Shown: positions 24,729 to 40,481, numbered from the stretch's first letter. The stretch is 64,000 bases of DNA from Blasia pusilla (GCA_050084515.1 CM114271.1:12214001-12278000); one strand, 5' to 3'. Notes: generated by a model not told the origin, from the letters alone. Numbers and translations: made by a program.

Positions 24729-26045
24729 TGTGGCATCAACACGAAGACCCTACGTTGCAAGATGTGGATTTTGCGGAGCTACTTTACAATCACGTGGCGG
24801 AGATTATGGATACAATACAACCAGGAGTCAAATCCTATTTAGCACCATTTCTTACTTCACTCATTTATGCATAATGGTGAGTTGAGTTTCGATGAATTCA
24901 ATCAATGGATAAAGATGACCCAAATACGACTTCCAAGAATGAGCAAAGCATCGGGGTTGGGTACAAAGGATGTTAGTAGTACTCCTCATAGTGAGAAAGC
25001 TAGGAAGCCGCAAGAGAAAGGATCTTCATCCGCATTTGTTGTAGGAAAAGAAAAAATTAGGAAAAGACCAACTAGGAGAGCGCACTACATTATAACTTTA
25101 AATGCACACACATCTACTAAACACACATACAATGTTTGCTTCATATCCATGAAGAAGCTACAACGAGACTTTATTAGATTGAGTGTGAACTTAGTAAAGT
25201 CCAGAAGCAGCTCGGATTGCAAGAGGACCTTGCCTCATCTCTATACGACAAGGTTGATGATAAAAAAGAGAGAATTCAATATCTCTCTAAGAAACTCAAA
25301 GATGCACGAAAATATTTTAAGGACTTCATCAATCACATTTAACCAAAGATTTTCGGCGATCCTAAACTACAATTACACTCCAGCATCATTGGATCTCTCC
25401 TCCATCCTTGAGATATTTACCATACCCGCTACTAGTACTCCACTATATTTTTGTGTTGCATGAACTTTATATCAGACCAACCCATGGCTTGATTGTAGCT
25501 TTATCTATCTTTCAAGCTATATTTATATTCTTTTCTTCATGACTTCAATCGGATTTTGAAACACTCCAATCACTTTTCAATCTGATCATAGTCTCTATCT
25601 TGTTTCTTATTGTATTTTTGGACCTTGTATACCTGAAATTGGCATATAATACACTCTCCTGTTTACACTTCATCTTCACTCTTATGATCTATAACTTTTC
25701 TTTGCTTGCAGATTCTTTTTTATATCTTCATGAGTAGAACTCCATGTATTTCTCCGCATTCATATAACTTCATTCTCAACATTCTTGATGCAATTTACCT
25801 TCTTTTCTCATGCAACTTCACTTCATTGCTATTTCCATATTTTTCTTGCTAGTACTTCTATTGCTCTCATCCAAAACAACCATTCCATTCAAGACGACAT
25901 CCATTGCCTCAACTTATGTACACCATATCTTCTCACTGCTCTTTCATCTTCTTGTTGTATTGTCTCTCTCCACTTACACTATTTTCCACAGTATTCACTA
26001 TCAGTACTTCTTCTTTATGTGTTATGTCACCTTTGGTATCAAAAC
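24729..26045 (+). mobile_element. Probable LTR (~1.3 kb) followed by a degenerate tRNA-Met PBS
   Basis: Imperfect inverted ends tgtggcat...atgtcacc (26031), then tt and tggtatcaaaac, resembling the plant PBS tggtatcagagc. Confidence 0.5.
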
Positions 26046-26231
26046 TGGTCTAGGCTCATTGAATTGAGGCAGCTAATAAATCTAAGTGGTGCAAACGACA
26101 ACCTAACACTTAAGCCAAAAGAGGAATTTCGGGTTAGCTACTAGAACGCGATTCAGTGTTAAGGGGCCAGCTTCCCTTAACTTAAACTTAACATTTAAAA
26201 AGGTTTATGTTGATGAGGACATCAACCTTCT

Positions 26232-27000
26232 AAGGAGGGGTGAGTGTCGCAACCCTCATAACCAAACAAACACCAAATAGGTGCCAAGTGAAACATCAGA
26301 ACTCTAGTGGACTCCCGCTACGATGATCGCACTTGGAGAGGCTTTTGGAAAGGTCTCTTGGAAAAGTCCAAGAGAAACGTGGAACAGAGTTGTGCGTTTC
26401 ATGGGTTATTGTTTGCAACCAGAAAACCTAGACCAAACGCAAACCAAGACTTGAGATGTGTTGAGTCTTGGAAGGTTGGTTGCTAAAGAGGTGAGAATCA
26501 GTTTTGGAACACGACTAGCGTTTGGGGAATTCTACTGTGTTTCAGACCATAGAATTTAGCCCCAAGATGATTTTGGGACAAGTAAGAATGCGTTGGAAAG
26601 CTTATCTTGAGATGCTTCTAATGCAACAATGATCTTAGAAAATGCATAAGTACGTACAAGCTGAGATATTGGCAAAAAATAACTATGAGAGAAATCGGAT
26701 TTAGGGCCAATCTGAGGGGCCCGACTGTCTTTCCCTAAAGTAAGGGGGAGGGCGGGGATCCCCAGAAGTACTAGTAAGGGGGAGTCTCTCCAAGGAGTCT
26801 TGGGACACAAACCCCAAGTTAAGCACCAAACAGTATCTCAAGGGCACGGGATGGAACGAGAGTTTGGCGTTGGAATTCGAAACCCAATCTTGATCCAAGG
26901 GAGTGGACTTTGTAAGCCACACTTGGATTCCAACCTGCATTTCATTTTTTGTGAGTCGCAGTCAAGGACTCATTGAATTTTCATTGGACAGCTATAATTT
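26232..27000 (+). mobile_element. Polypurine tract and start of another LTR (right end not defined)
   Basis: aaggaggggtgag immediately followed by TGtcgcaaccc at 26245. Not recognisably similar to the LTR at 24729. Confidence 0.45.
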
Positions 27001-27499
27001 CCAGACAATAAATGCCATTTCACGTTCTTGAACTGACCAAAAACTGTGTCCCAAGTCTTTCAAGACTTGCCTGTGTTGTAAACCACGAAACTAGGAAGGT
27101 TGAGCTTGATGAGAGGCTGAGTCGAGAACTCGGCAAGTTAGAACTGCTAATTGATCCATACCCGACTTATGTGAGTGCATGTTTGGATGCAGATCAGCGT
27201 TGAGAGCGTGTCCTACTGAACGCACGCTTCAGCAACAATAAAGACTAACGTTCAAGGAGAGTAGGCGTACGACAAGTGGAGGCTGGGAAACTGAAATCGG
27301 AATATGAATGATTAATTGGATTGCTCACATGAGTAGGAGATTTTGATGATGTTGGAGTATGCTCTTGTATCCTAAGCAGTTCCTCGCTCTCCTTTTCTCC
27401 CTCTATAGTGGCAAAATGCTCGACATAATGAGAACTTAAGTTCTACATCACTGCAAGAGAGAGGCTGGGAAACTAAAACCAAAAGAGGAAACTCAACAT

Positions 27500-30400
27500 A
27501 ATGAGAACAAAATATTAATTTGAAACTAATACATGGAAGGATTTAATTGCATTAGGAGGATCATGTAAATTTCTCACCCCAGTTGGTGATTTCGACGATG
27601 GCGTCTGCTTGGATTTGCTCTCCTGCACTTCATCCTCCTTCTCTCTCTTAGGAGTGAACGCGAATAATCCAAGTGATTTTCCACCAATCGATGATGACTT
27701 CTTTGTAAACACATACTTAGATTAGAATTCCATATGTAATAGTCATCGTCCCACCCAAAAGCATAAAGTTTTTTCATAGCGAGCTTCTTAAATTGAACTT
27801 ATGATATTTTCTCCCAACGGTGTGGGGATAGTTCTGTCAAAATATCTTGCCAAACGAGGAGTAGCTGGAGCACTAGTCTCCCCTGTCAAAATTTGAGGGT
27901 TCAACACATTAGGTGATGTCACCCTTTCAAAAGTGGGGGGAGCCGATCCCTCGCACTCATCCCTCTCCACAACTCCATCGTCCTGAGCCATAAACCAACC
28001 AAAATCAATAATGGGCTTGCTTGAACCAAATGGAAATGCGAAAAGAAACAAACTTCTAGCATGATTACAAGCACAAAATCCTGGAGGTTACTTCTGATTT
28101 GTCATCATCTGACTCCTCTTCCATGTCCGGGTCCTTTGCTCCTTTGCGATTCCGGACATCCGCCTATTTTTTGCCTTTGGAAGGTGCCACCTTTGGTTTT
28201 GGTTCGGACTTCCCTATAGGGTAGTCCTGAGAAGACTACGGCTTGAATTGATCTTGAAGAATTGATCGGATTCATGCAGAAGTTTGACAATATTGCCTCA
28301 TACACTCAAGGACAGAATGCTTGGAAATGCATGCCAGAAACCTATGAAGGCCAGAGCTCCGGGAGTTGGTATATATCTTTGAATAAGAAGTAGAATGCAT
28401 GTAATCATGATCAGAACTAAGGTTTCGAATGAGAAACTCACCACTAGAGCCACCAATGTGCGGCAACCTGATTTACCACAATGACATTCTTCCGCGCTCC
28501 AACCTTTGACAAGCAGGAGAAAATCTCCATGAGATCTCCCATTCAAAACTTGTTCTCTCCGAGGGTTAGGAGGAAACTATACTCCTCGTTGATCATATAT
28601 CTTGTATCGTCGAGGGATGCGGGAAGAACTTTTCCACCAAGTACTCTATTTACAATAGCAAGTTGTTCGTCCAGAGTGGACTCATTAAAACCATTGACAA
28701 ATATCGCTATAACAACCATGAGAAATCCTCCACTCCGAATCTTTTGTCTCTTTGGATCAGTCATTGGAAATCTCACTCTAAAAGGAATTACTCTAAACTA
28801 GAGATTGGAGGCTCTTTGGCAAGCAACTTTAAGATTCCCGAGTATTTCGATCTTAGCGAACAACACCAGTAATCTTTTGCTTGCATTGAGAGGAGATCCT
28901 TCGGCAAAAAATTCTCCAAATTCTTCTACACTGAGCCGCTCATAATCATTTGATGCGCTAACCATATTTACAAATACCATGTCAAAAACTACACCCCACT
29001 CATCATCTTCCATCCCCAATTTACAACAATCCGGAAAAATTTGGATGAGGTTGGATAAAAAATACCAATGATCTCCTTGTGGGTAGATACAAGAAATTCA
29101 GTTGTTGGCCGTTTGGCCCTCCGCAATCGAATTAAATCTTGCAATGTTCTACAAAATTCATCACGAGGAATACCGAATTTGGCTTGCGTGCCAAAAGAGA
29201 GATGCTTCTTCACATACATCTTCTCCTCGAGCAGAATATCAAGGAGAATCTGGGCATCATTGACGTAAAATTCTTTATCCAAAATGAGCTTCTCATAGCA
29301 ATCTCATCAACTTCTCCCAACGTAAATCTCAATCTCTAGGAAAAAAACTTACAGATGGCGCCTACATTCACTTGTTCACGTTTCAACAAGTGAATGTAGT
29401 AGGATCGTAGTAGGATTTCAGGTCCATCAAGTCTACATTCCATATTTTTCTAGTAGATGTTGGCCGTATTTGCACCCTCAATTTCAAGATTTCTTCTGCG
29501 ACTTGCATCACATTCTCCTTGTCAAGCCCCTGGAGCGGTCTCAAGTTGGTCTTCTTGAGCCTCCTCTTCTCAACGCTCGTTTAATGTCTTAGCCAATTCT
29601 CGAAGTACGCAAGACCATTTCGTACCATGAGTTTACCTTCCTCGTAGGCAACCATGACAGCATGCCACATATTCCATGTGGTGGGAGAGCAATTGTAGAC
29701 AAAGGTGTTTTTCTCCTTGTGGCTGGAACCAAAATGGGCGTTCAGCCTCTTTGTCATGGTCTGCTAAAAATATGGAACTTAAGTTTGATTAGAATACCAA
29801 TGATAACAACTGGGACTGATTAAAGATAGAGATGGCATGTGTATTATCTATTCTATCTGAATTCAAGTTCTAATACGAAATTCAAATTTTAATTTGAATG
29901 GTACTGCATTAGCGATCCTCAATGCAAGAAAACCCACCAATTCTCCAATCTTCCTCTTCCCGGTCTTCTTGATCGTTTCCAACTTGATATTCCTCATGTG
30001 GGCCCAAAAAGTGGCAATATGCATTCTTATCGCCGTCTCCACTTTCTTGGCATATGCGTCCACTTGATTGTGAAGTGAGTAGAGGTTGCAATACCAAAGA
30101 CAGTTTTCAGGACAACCTTCTCCCCAAACTACTATACACGCGAGACTTTGGAAAAAATCATCCCTGATCGCCTCATGAATTTTAGAGAAGGAAACTGTTG
30201 TATGTTGACAAACAGTTGCCCACTAGTAGATTTTTGTACCATCACGTACGTACCCATCGACTTTCTCTTCTTCTAAGGGAGCAGCTAGTAAATGGTCACC
30301 AAGTATTCATTAGATACTCTTGCAATATTGTATGTACAAGTAACAAAAATAGATGTGTTTACATTTTTTGCTATGACATTTCTAGTCCCCGAGAGACTGT

Positions 30401-31430
30401 GCATTAGGGCATTCATTCGCTCTTGATAAAACTCCCTCACTTTGATGTCAAGCGGGGCAAGTTTGAAATCATTGACATCTAATCGAAAGATTCTCATAGT
30501 AGAGTTCAGAATATAAAGATCCTTGAACTACTCCCATAATCTCTCTTGTGTCGGCTTTGCATACTCAATAAGTTCCTATGTCGCCCTTGCATTAAGCTCA
30601 GCAACTTCATTTTCCTAGATAATGACAATAGACCCAATCTCTAACGCAGACTCTACAACCTTTGCCAAACGAGCACTTATCATCTCTTTCCCCAGCCCAA
30701 TGCGCGCTACCTTTTTTTCTTCTTGTAGCATCAATGGTAACGCAAACTTGGAGGTAGGAACCGCGATAGCTACCCGAATCACCTCTCTAAAAAATGTACA
30801 AACGTTTTGAATGTCGGATGAAACAAGACCTCTCATCACTAGCTCTTGGACGTCAAAGGGAAGAGTTTGAACTCTCAAATTGAGTTCGGCTTGGTAAACG
30901 ACGGATTGAGTAACATCCACATGAGAGTTTTCTTCATTTTCCAGGTCTAAAAGGTGCAATACCAAGAATGTGTCACTAGCAACAATACTAAACCCAATCA
31001 AGCGCATTCCATCCAAAATTGGGCTCTTCTTAGCTGCAAGTTTGACATTCAGTCTTATTTCAGACACCCCTTACGAGGCCGATATTCTAAATTTCATCCC
31101 ACAAACCCAACAAATCGGCTTTACGGAGTTCAAATTGAAAGGCACTCTTCGGTTGCGGATCAAAGCGCGTAGAATCTTTGTCCGGGTAAGAATCTACTTC
31201 TTAACCATGATTGTAGATTGAAAAACTTTTGGCAGTTGTTGCTCTGGTCTACGGTGGAATTTAATGAGCTAAAGATTTTGACACCGGGGGTCCATTGACA
31301 CCACCAGATTCAATCCAAACTCCTGATTTAGAATCATATCACTCAATGCCCTTATGTTTCTCTCATGAATCTAGGAATTGATACTGAAACTTACAATGAT
31401 GATATCCCAACACCCGACTGAACCCAACAA
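27500..31430 (-). pseudogene. Unidentified decayed, probably multi-exon protein-coding sequence
   Basis: Run of same-strand protein-like ORF pieces (30615-31067, 30285-30497, 29863-30063, 28989-29282, 28543-28776, 27788-28051) with GT/AG-like boundaries. No family recognised. Confidence 0.45.
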
Positions 31431-31904
31431 CACTAGAAGGAAACACCCTTCTTAGCCACTAGATTATACTACTATAGTTAGTTGAAAAAATATTTAGCCG
31501 CTGGTGACTAGCATTTACAACTACAAAAATCTAGTATCAAAGGGCTCGTTATTTAGGATTTCTAGTTATAAAGTGACAAGTTAGCAACATGATAGTCATC
31601 AAGATGATCGGTATGACATGGAAACTATATTATGCTGACAATGAATTAATTTTGATGTGCCACGTTGCTCTGCCTAGTTATTATTGAGACTATTTCTAGT
31701 CATAATTTAGTTGTTTGAGATCGAAAATCGCTATCACAAAAGAAATTGGTTACACTTGTAATGGTTTGATATGTCCATATGGTGGATTTTTCATGATGTG
31801 AGACTAATATTAGTTTTATATTATGTAGTATTTATTGATTACATTCATGTGTTGACACATGTCAAAATCATGATCAAACATGTGTATCTTTTATACTATG
31901 GTGA

Positions 31905-32132
31905 ACACTAGTGATAAGGAGTGTTATCACTACATGTAGTTATATCAAGAACGCATAGTTATTATTATGACTGGTCGAAGTACTAATGATAGTGTGTGTT
32001 ATCACTACATGTAGTTGTATCAAGAACGCATACTTATTTTCATGGCCGGTTGAAGTACTAGTCATAATGTGTGTTATCACTACATGTAGTTGTATCAAGA
32101 ACACATAGTTATTTTTATGACTGGTTGAAGTT
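31905..32132. repeat. ~75-bp subterminal tandem repeat, 3 copies
   Basis: gtgttatcactacatgtagtt(a/g)tatcaagaac recurs at ~31921, ~31996 and ~32071. Confidence 0.85.
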
Positions 32133-32839
32133 GTATAATAAGTCTTCTGACTAGTGATAGTGGTAGTATTTCTGTGATTTCAGTTGTACAATAGTTAACA
32201 AATGAAGAATAACATAAATTGTGGGAACCTTTCTTCTTGTAAGAGAATCCATAGAATAAGAAATTGTATGGTGAGATCATAAAAAACTTCCCCTCATAAC
32301 CTGAAAATTTCTATTATCATTTTAGAAACCAAATTGATGGGATAAGTATCGGTCAGAAAATTTCATGCATCAATGAAGGCACACTAGGGACTCTTTTTTG
32401 CCTTCACTCTGATGGTTAACAACCTGTAAAAAATAGGTAAATCAAGGCAAGAAGTTAAATCATTCATGAAGGACTCATTGCAAATCGTAAGATCCAATAA
32501 ACAGAAACTTAAAGAACCAACTAATTAGTTGATCTCACATGCATCTTTAAAAAATTTCAGAATGGTAGTTGAGAGCCGAAATGTAGGAAATTGAGAAAGA
32601 AGATACAATACAAAGTCCATTGCATTTACTTACAAAGTTCATGAGAACTTGAGTAAAAAACCAAGTTGATAGTGTAATTCTTGGACAACTTTGTCCAACA
32701 AAATTCATTTAAATAGAAAAAAGTAAGAGTTCTACTAAAGACAAGTATAAGATATTCGGCGTAATGTCAAAAAAAATTGAAGCTAAATGAAACTAACTTT
32801 CACCCCATAAACTAATGCAGGCCTACAATCTTTTTCACT

Positions 32840-35813
32840 GATCTCTTGGGCCACAAAACGGAAGAAACTGCTACATCCTTGAGAAGTATTTGTGGAGGAT
32901 CATCGTTGTGGTTGGGAAATGGTAGTTCAGCTTTTGGCTCTTGTACACTAATCAGACCCACCTTGATGCACCCTAGGGGAATCAATCTACTATGAAACTG
33001 ATCTCTTCATGCAATGCCAGATATTTGCCCTACTCCCACATGTTGCCATCCTTTGCAATTCTTTGAAAGAAAGATATGATCCCCTCCTGTCAACTGCATG
33101 TACAATCACATTAAAAGAAATCAGAATTCAGATATGAACTTATAAATTCTACCAATACACACAAGCACATGTTCCAATCTTAGTTACCTTCTTAACGCTC
33201 CAACTATTTCGAGGAATATTGCAAGAGTATCTGGGAATCGTAAAATCACCTTCCAAGAATTTCTACAAATCCGATCTGCTTTAAATCAATATACATGAAG
33301 AACTCTTCTCATACTATAAAAGCACAAAAGGAAACAAAACATCATCAATTACTTACAATGTTCTTCTCTTTCCTCTCGTTTAGTGAAGGATGCTTCTTTT
33401 TTATCTTTATCTTGGAAGAAGCTCCCTTTCCCAACATATCTTCGCTCTTCTTGATACCCTTGCCAATAGGTTCCACTCGAACTCCAAAAGATAAGCCCTG
33501 AGATTCTTTAGGCTTCTTGCTCTCTAAGATTTCTTCTTCCATGTTCTCAATCACTCCCATACCATAATTAGTTTCTGAATTATGAGAATGTTGTACATCT
33601 AACATAGAATTTCCATCTTCATCCACGGTTAAATATAATACTGGATTATCTTTAAGTTCTGATATCATGGGTGAACTCTGATCCTTAAGAACAGATGGCA
33701 GAGAAGGTGTTGGAGTAGGAACTACCACACTTGGATCAAAATTTATGGTTTCTTGAGGTACCACTTGAGTCATCTTGGATAACATAGCCATGATTTGGCC
33801 TATGTTTTTCTTGATATCAACAATGTCTGACTTTTTGTATGCACTATCTTTCTCCATATTATCTATTATGTGGGTTAAGGATGTTGTTGCACTCTATATC
33901 AAAGGGCATGTTCATCAACAAAAACAAGTTAGCTATTTGCAATAGCCTAGAACCAAGATACAATGATGAAAATATCATATTAGTGCAACTATAAGGAGAG
34001 TAGGACTACTATAGTTTCCAGCCAAAAAAAAATCAGATTGGTGCAACTGAAAGATACAAGATCAAGCCACACAACAAAGATCCAAGGACAAGAAGAGAAA
34101 TCACATGCGATGAAAGATATCATGGATTTGCAATCTATTGTAGAGGGCTACTCTTATTAAGAAGGATATCAATAATACCTTATTGTTGATACTTTGTTGG
34201 CTTGGATCCACTTTAGGAGTGTTGAGGGACTCTTGTATCTCTTGTATTGTAGGAGAAGCTCCTTGCTCCTTCTTCTACTTGACAATATCCAAAATTGAAA
34301 AACCAAAATCAAGATTTAGTCATATTCCAAGATGTAAGAACTCCCTATAAAACCTAAATTCTACCAACAAAGAAATCAAGAAGACTCAATGGATAATATA
34401 CTTACAAACATATTCTTTTGGCTTGAATATCCTCGTCTCCCATTAGGGTTGGGGTTTTCCACCTTAGATCTATTGGCCTTCATTCGTTCAGATTTCTGTA
34501 GTCCCGCGGGTGACACCCAATACGACTTCAATGACTACCATGTTTTTGGATTGACATCTGGAGAATAAGCGCATTCTTCAGATGCCCCTTTTTCTCTCCA
34601 ATACTTTTTCAAGCGAGCCCGCTCTTGTTTCATCAGATCTTGGAGAGAAGTACGCCAAAACCTGTCACTCAACTCACCACCCACATACTCGTAACGATTG
34701 TCAATCTCTCTATAGATGGTTCTCAAGTCTTGCTCAACTTTTTTACTTACATAAACTATACTAAGGTCCAAGTAGCAATGTACAATCGCCTTGACATCAT
34801 CGTGCCATTGGCTCTTTTCTTCACAACCATAAACAATCTCACCATTTTCTGTCACCTCTAATGTAGGTTTTAGCCCTGCACGTTCATGAATCGAGTTGGT
34901 TGCTTTCCACTTCTCATAAACTTCTTTGCGGCGCATACGCTTAAGAGATGAATCTATCTAAAAATATGTAGTCAAAGTAAGAAAACAAACCAAGTTTCAC
35001 CATGGAAAAAAACCATAATTGATAAAACCTGAATGTAATGTCATTTTGTTTAATTACCCTACATAGAATTTTAACTTACCAAGTGGATTTTTCTGGCCTC
35101 TCCACTCATACAAAACTTCTGCTGGAGTTGTTGATGGTGGTACATAAAAACCTTGTGTAGGATGGGGTGGATAAAAGGTCCCAGGTGGGACCCAACTTGG
35201 AGGCATTGAACATGCAAAAAAACAAGAGAGCTTATTGCTAAAGAACATATAGCAATGAACTACCATTACAATGAAAAAAGAGGAAAAAATCCTTTGTGAA
35301 TTAGTATAAGAACTTAGACCCAAGGATTGAACTTGAAAAGCTTAACTCCAACCAGGTAATGAAGATGGCAATTGGGATGGCATTTGAAATCCTTGATGAT
35401 AGCCATGCATTGGCCAAGGGTATGCAACATTAGAGCAGGATCCTTGGTTGTCCTTTGACTTCTTTGCTGGATTCTTGCCCTACATGAGATACATATTCAA
35501 CATATGTACATACCCAATCAATTTATCAACAAAACCTGATAGGATTATTCCACTCACTATTTTTTTTGGCAAGCTTATCAACTTAGTATTAGACAATGCA
35601 TAATAATCTAGATACTCATGAAATGAAAAAGGTAAGGATCAAGACAAAATCTAACACTTTGTTCTCCATGTTTAGGACGCTTGTTGATCTTGAATTGAGA
35701 CTTCGAGGTGCTTTCTCTAAGAAATTCTGAAGGCTTAGGACTTGATTGCTCCAGATTAACATCAAATTCGGGATTTGACTCCGAAGCATCACTATTGAAT
35801 TTTTCCTCGTCAT
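32840..35813 (-). pseudogene. CACTA second gene (TnpA / Ptta-En-Spm-like), multi-exon, degenerate
   Basis: 34535-34936 continues as TW*SLKSYWVSPAGLQKSERMKANRSKV...GRRGY (Ptta/En/Spm-like). C-terminal FHSRLIPLGCIKVGL...LPFPNHNDDPPQILLKD...SVLWP lies at ~32850-33010. Confidence 0.7.
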
Positions 35814-36609
35814 GTGAAGACCCTTGGTGGTCCATCTTCAATTTATAGCACCATTGACAAGTAAGATGTACTTTGGGCATGGATGGTTGTTGTGTCTTTC
35901 TAGTATGTTCTCTCGGTACCTTAGCTATACGTGATTCCTCTGGAAAAATTGACCTACAAACCAACATGTAACATAATAATATGTAAGTTGCATACAAATT
36001 ACGGAATATGACCTTGAAGTACACCTCTGTATAATATCTTCCAGATCCCTTCAAAGCAAGGAAATTGATCTTTGAGAGCCTTAATTGGAAATTGGAAAAT
36101 ATGAGGAAGAGCAAAGATGGTCTAAGGCTTACTGCCACTGAGAAGCAAGGAGATGTGTTGTTGGCCTCACTCTTGCATAATGCTCCTCTCATAATCTGAA
36201 ATACTTTGCGTTCGCCTCCTCCGTGGATAGTTTTGTTCCTACATCAACAAGCGGAACTCCATTTCCCAGAGTCATTAGGGTAACTCCACTATTTGACTCA
36301 AAATGGTTTTTGGACTCTTGAATCTGCATCCTGAAATCAAACACACATTGCAAAACCAAGGAAGGTATTTAGCCAAAAATATTTGGCACAATCAAGGATG
36401 TGCCAATGTCTTGAGTTTAACATTTTACAAGTCCATCACTCTCTGATTGGCATAATCAGACCTTGCACCAGATCTGGAACTTTCATAAAAAAAAAATTGT
36501 GACAAAAAGTGTCCAAATAGGAATCAACACACTATTACAATACCTAGATATAGCATTAAAGTCCATTACAATAGCTTTTTATTACTCCTCTATTACAAAG
36601 TAGTACACC

Positions 36610-39536
36610 TTACTCACTATCAGAACTAGTCCTCATTTCACGACTATCTTTGGAACTTTCACCATGTTCTTCATCGGGTACAAACTCTATCGATGCTAAA
36701 GAAAATTCTGCATCGAATAGGCGTATGGCACCAAGCAATGAGATGTATTGCACTTCATTGTCCAAGTGTGATTGTGCCCTCAAGTCTCCCAAGTCGATAT
36801 GATCATTACGACAAATGTCTCGTCTACCCCCTATAACTCTTCTAGAACGGGTCGCTTTTTGCATAACTACCTTCCAACCTATACGTTCCTCAACCGGAGC
36901 ATAGAATACCTATTCAACTTGGCTAGGAAAAATGAAGGGATCTGAATGAAGTGGTAGTAGTTTTCTGAAATCTACTAGGAGAAACCCAGTTTCATCATGC
37001 ATCATTGTAGCATCGATCCTATTCCATGAGGATTTTACCCACTTGCCTCTCATAAGAACTATATGCTCATCCAATGTGCCATAATCTAATTGCAAAATAT
37101 CTACTAGAATTCCAACATAAGGGATTGGGCTAAGATGATTCACTTGGTTAGCTATTTGTGAAAGAAACATACTTGCTATACCTAGGTCGTACGTAGAGAA
37201 TGAACTACCTTCATCCACCCTAAAGTGATTTCCATATGCTTTCATTTTCTTAAAAGAGAGGTATGAAAGTGATAGAGGCATTGACAACTTCAAGACTAAT
37301 TCATCTACCTAGTTTCCTTTAGCATTTTCTTCTCTGATTTTGAGACGTATCCACTCAGCAAATGTGTATTCACACTGGCCAGAAAGTCTATAAATTCTGC
37401 ACAACAAAAGTACATTAGAATCTGATATTTGTGAAACCAATGATACAATAGTAGCAATGGCAAAGGTAAGACCTAAAATCAAGGTTGCACCAATGGCTTA
37501 CTTACTTGATCCAGCTAGTGAAACACTTACTATTTTCCAATACATATTGGTGGGCCACAGTTGCCAGTTCAGTTGTTAACTGGCGCTTAGTGCTTTTCTC
37601 CTTCCAAAACCTCACCGACAACACGTTCCTCCTTAGAAGCATCCCAAATCCTAGTTTGCACCATTGTGTAATCTTGCATGTACTCTGTGGTGAATCCTAG
37701 GGCTTCATCAAGGATATACCCTTCACCATACATCCCTCAGGTTGAGCTCAAGATTGCACATAACCTTTTAGAACTCCCAAGTATCATTCTATCGGATACA
37801 TCAATCGACAACCAACTGGACCACATATGTCAATCTCTTCCACCAATAGCACCATAAGTTGAGTCATGATATCAAAGAAAGATGGGAGGACATGTACTTC
37901 CATGAGGCATAAGGTAGTTGCCACATCCTCTTTCAATGAAGCAAAATGGGCAGGATTCCAAGTTTTCATACAAAGCTTCCGAAATACTCGTGATATGCGC
38001 ATTACTGCCATTCTCACAGGACCCTTCAAGCGACCTTGTAAGAAATAAGACATCAACAGTTGCATGAATACATGCAGGTCATGAGACTTCAAGCTAACTA
38101 ATTTCTTGCGTAAGAGGTGCTTCTGTAATGCACCTGCATACCCACTCGGAACCTTAAGTGAGACTCCATTCTGCTTGTAGGGATCAATACGCATCGGTAC
38201 ACCTCTCCTTGGCCGTGCCTTGGGTTCACTATCATAAACTCTTTTCAATTCAGCCCACTCAAGTATCTCATCACTTGATACCCCCTTTGGTATTTCTCGG
38301 GTCCCCACTTTACAATCAAAATGATGGGCCACTTGGAACATCCTATATGGGTGATTTCTCTCCTTGTAACGTCGATGGCCTTGAAATGTAGGTTTGTGCA
38401 ATGGTTTGGAATAGTGTGAATCCACATTAGGTCCACACACTACACACCCCAACTTGCCTTTTGTGGCTTGGCTAAAGACAATACCCAAACCTGGATAGTC
38501 AGTTATGGTCCATATGACCATTGCTCGAAGCTAGAACTTAGCAACGCCTTCTACACTACTACTATCAAAAGTTGTGACCCCTTTCCAAAGTATTTGCAAC
38601 TCAACAAGTGGAGCTAAGTATATATCTAGATTTTCATAAGTCACTGATTCCTTCCCCGGAATTATAAGAGCCAATTGGAGAAAGAACTTTTTAGTACATA
38701 ACCAAGGGGGTAAGTTGTAATTAACCAAAAGCCGTGGCCAAGTAGACCACACACCATTTTTTTCACTAAATAGATTGACCCCATCTAATGCCAAACCAAG
38801 CCTACAATTTTTGGGCTCATTCATGAACTCTGGCCATTGAAGATCAATTTCTCTCCATTGCTTAGAATCCCCACTATGCCTCACCAATCCATCTGTACTC
38901 TTGTTCTTGGATTTCCATGTCATAAGTTCAGCAATGGATCTACATCTATACATACGCTTCAACCTTGGAATAATAGGGAAGTGTCATAACACCTTCATAA
39001 GCACTTTACCCTTCCCCATTTTCTTATACCTTTGTGACATGCACTTGGAACATGTGTCCAAATCCTTGTGAACACCTCGAAACAACATACAACCATTTGG
39101 ACACGCGTGAATCCCTTGGACTGATCATTCTATGAACGTTTATATCTTCATCAATTTTTGTTGCACCTAACATAGGATTGCTTATATTACATTCAATCCC
39201 TATGGTAGGACTATCCACATGCACAATTCTATTTTCAGATCTTGACCTCCACTCATCATCTAATGAATCATACTCATCAGTACTTCTCCAAATTCTTTTT
39301 GGAGGAAACCTATTATACATGATGAGATGTTTCTCTATGACATGCAAAACCCTTAATTTCATCCCTTTGCATTCATTACATGGACATCTAAGCTTCTTCA
39401 ACCCTAAGTTCCTTGTTGTCTCTTTTTCTCTTTGCCACAACTTTTCATCATGTGATGCAATTCGTTGTGGGTGATCAAGATTCAACTTTGGGTTGGTCTC
39501 ATGATGATGATCACAAATTCTTCCTGCAGCTTGCAT
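36610..39536 (-). pseudogene. CACTA transposase (Tnp2/TnpD-like), degenerate
   Basis: RCPCNEC, LGLALDGVN, STWP, YNLPPWLC, LIIPG, DIYLAPLV, WTITDYPG, LKSHDLH, PSFFDIM, LMYPIE, KAYGNHFRV. Internal deletion and stops. Confidence 0.93.
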
Positions 39537-40217
39537 TTTCTTTCGTGTGAGGTATCCTTAACCAGAAAAATTAATGTACCTGCTTGTGATGATTACCAGA
39601 TTATGATAATACTGTTTGAAGCAACTTCTCACGTTAACTGTCCCTTTCTTGAAGTCCACTACTTGAACCTGTTCTACCCATAATCAGCCCCAAGGAAACT
39701 TTCCAACAACACCCAACATAAAAACACATTAAATGAGATAATAAGATAAAACAAAATGCTATGATCACTCCGTATGTCAACCAAAATATGGAAGGGATCA
39801 ATGAGTGAAATCTTAGGAGGCACAAGTGGAAAGAGAAGAGAACTTACGAGTCCATCAATTTGAACAACAAGATAGAAGGAGTGATACGGAAGGATAGAAG
39901 GAATGATACGGTCAAAAAATGGTTTCCTTCTACTACATATGGGCAGATTATGCGCGAGCGAGAGAGAGAAACACAATAGGTTGGAATTACGCTAACAACT
40001 AAGCAATAGAGACGAATTCTAAGGAATTGAGGAGAGAGGCACATTTGCAAATTTTCAACAAGAGGAAAGTGCAGGTCAAAGGAGACAAAAATAGTGCCCG
40101 AAGTATTTTACGAGTTCTACTTGTGAGAAATCCACTACTAGTCTTCACCTTACATAAAAATACATGGAATCACCAAAGTACCAAGTGAGACAAATTTGAA
40201 AGCCAAAAATTCTCTCT

Positions 40218-40403
<186 letters not shown>

Positions 40404-40481
40404 AGGAGGACGTCCTCATAGGGCGCCAGTGCAAGCTATGTAGGTTGAGCATGGAGTGTGGGCAAGCAGAAGGGGGAAGCA

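Noticed and set aside
24729-27000. Intact TRIM/LARD made of LTR-PBS-short internal-PPT-LTR
   Set aside because: The two putative LTRs are not recognisably similar and no right end or TSD was found. More likely fused remnants.
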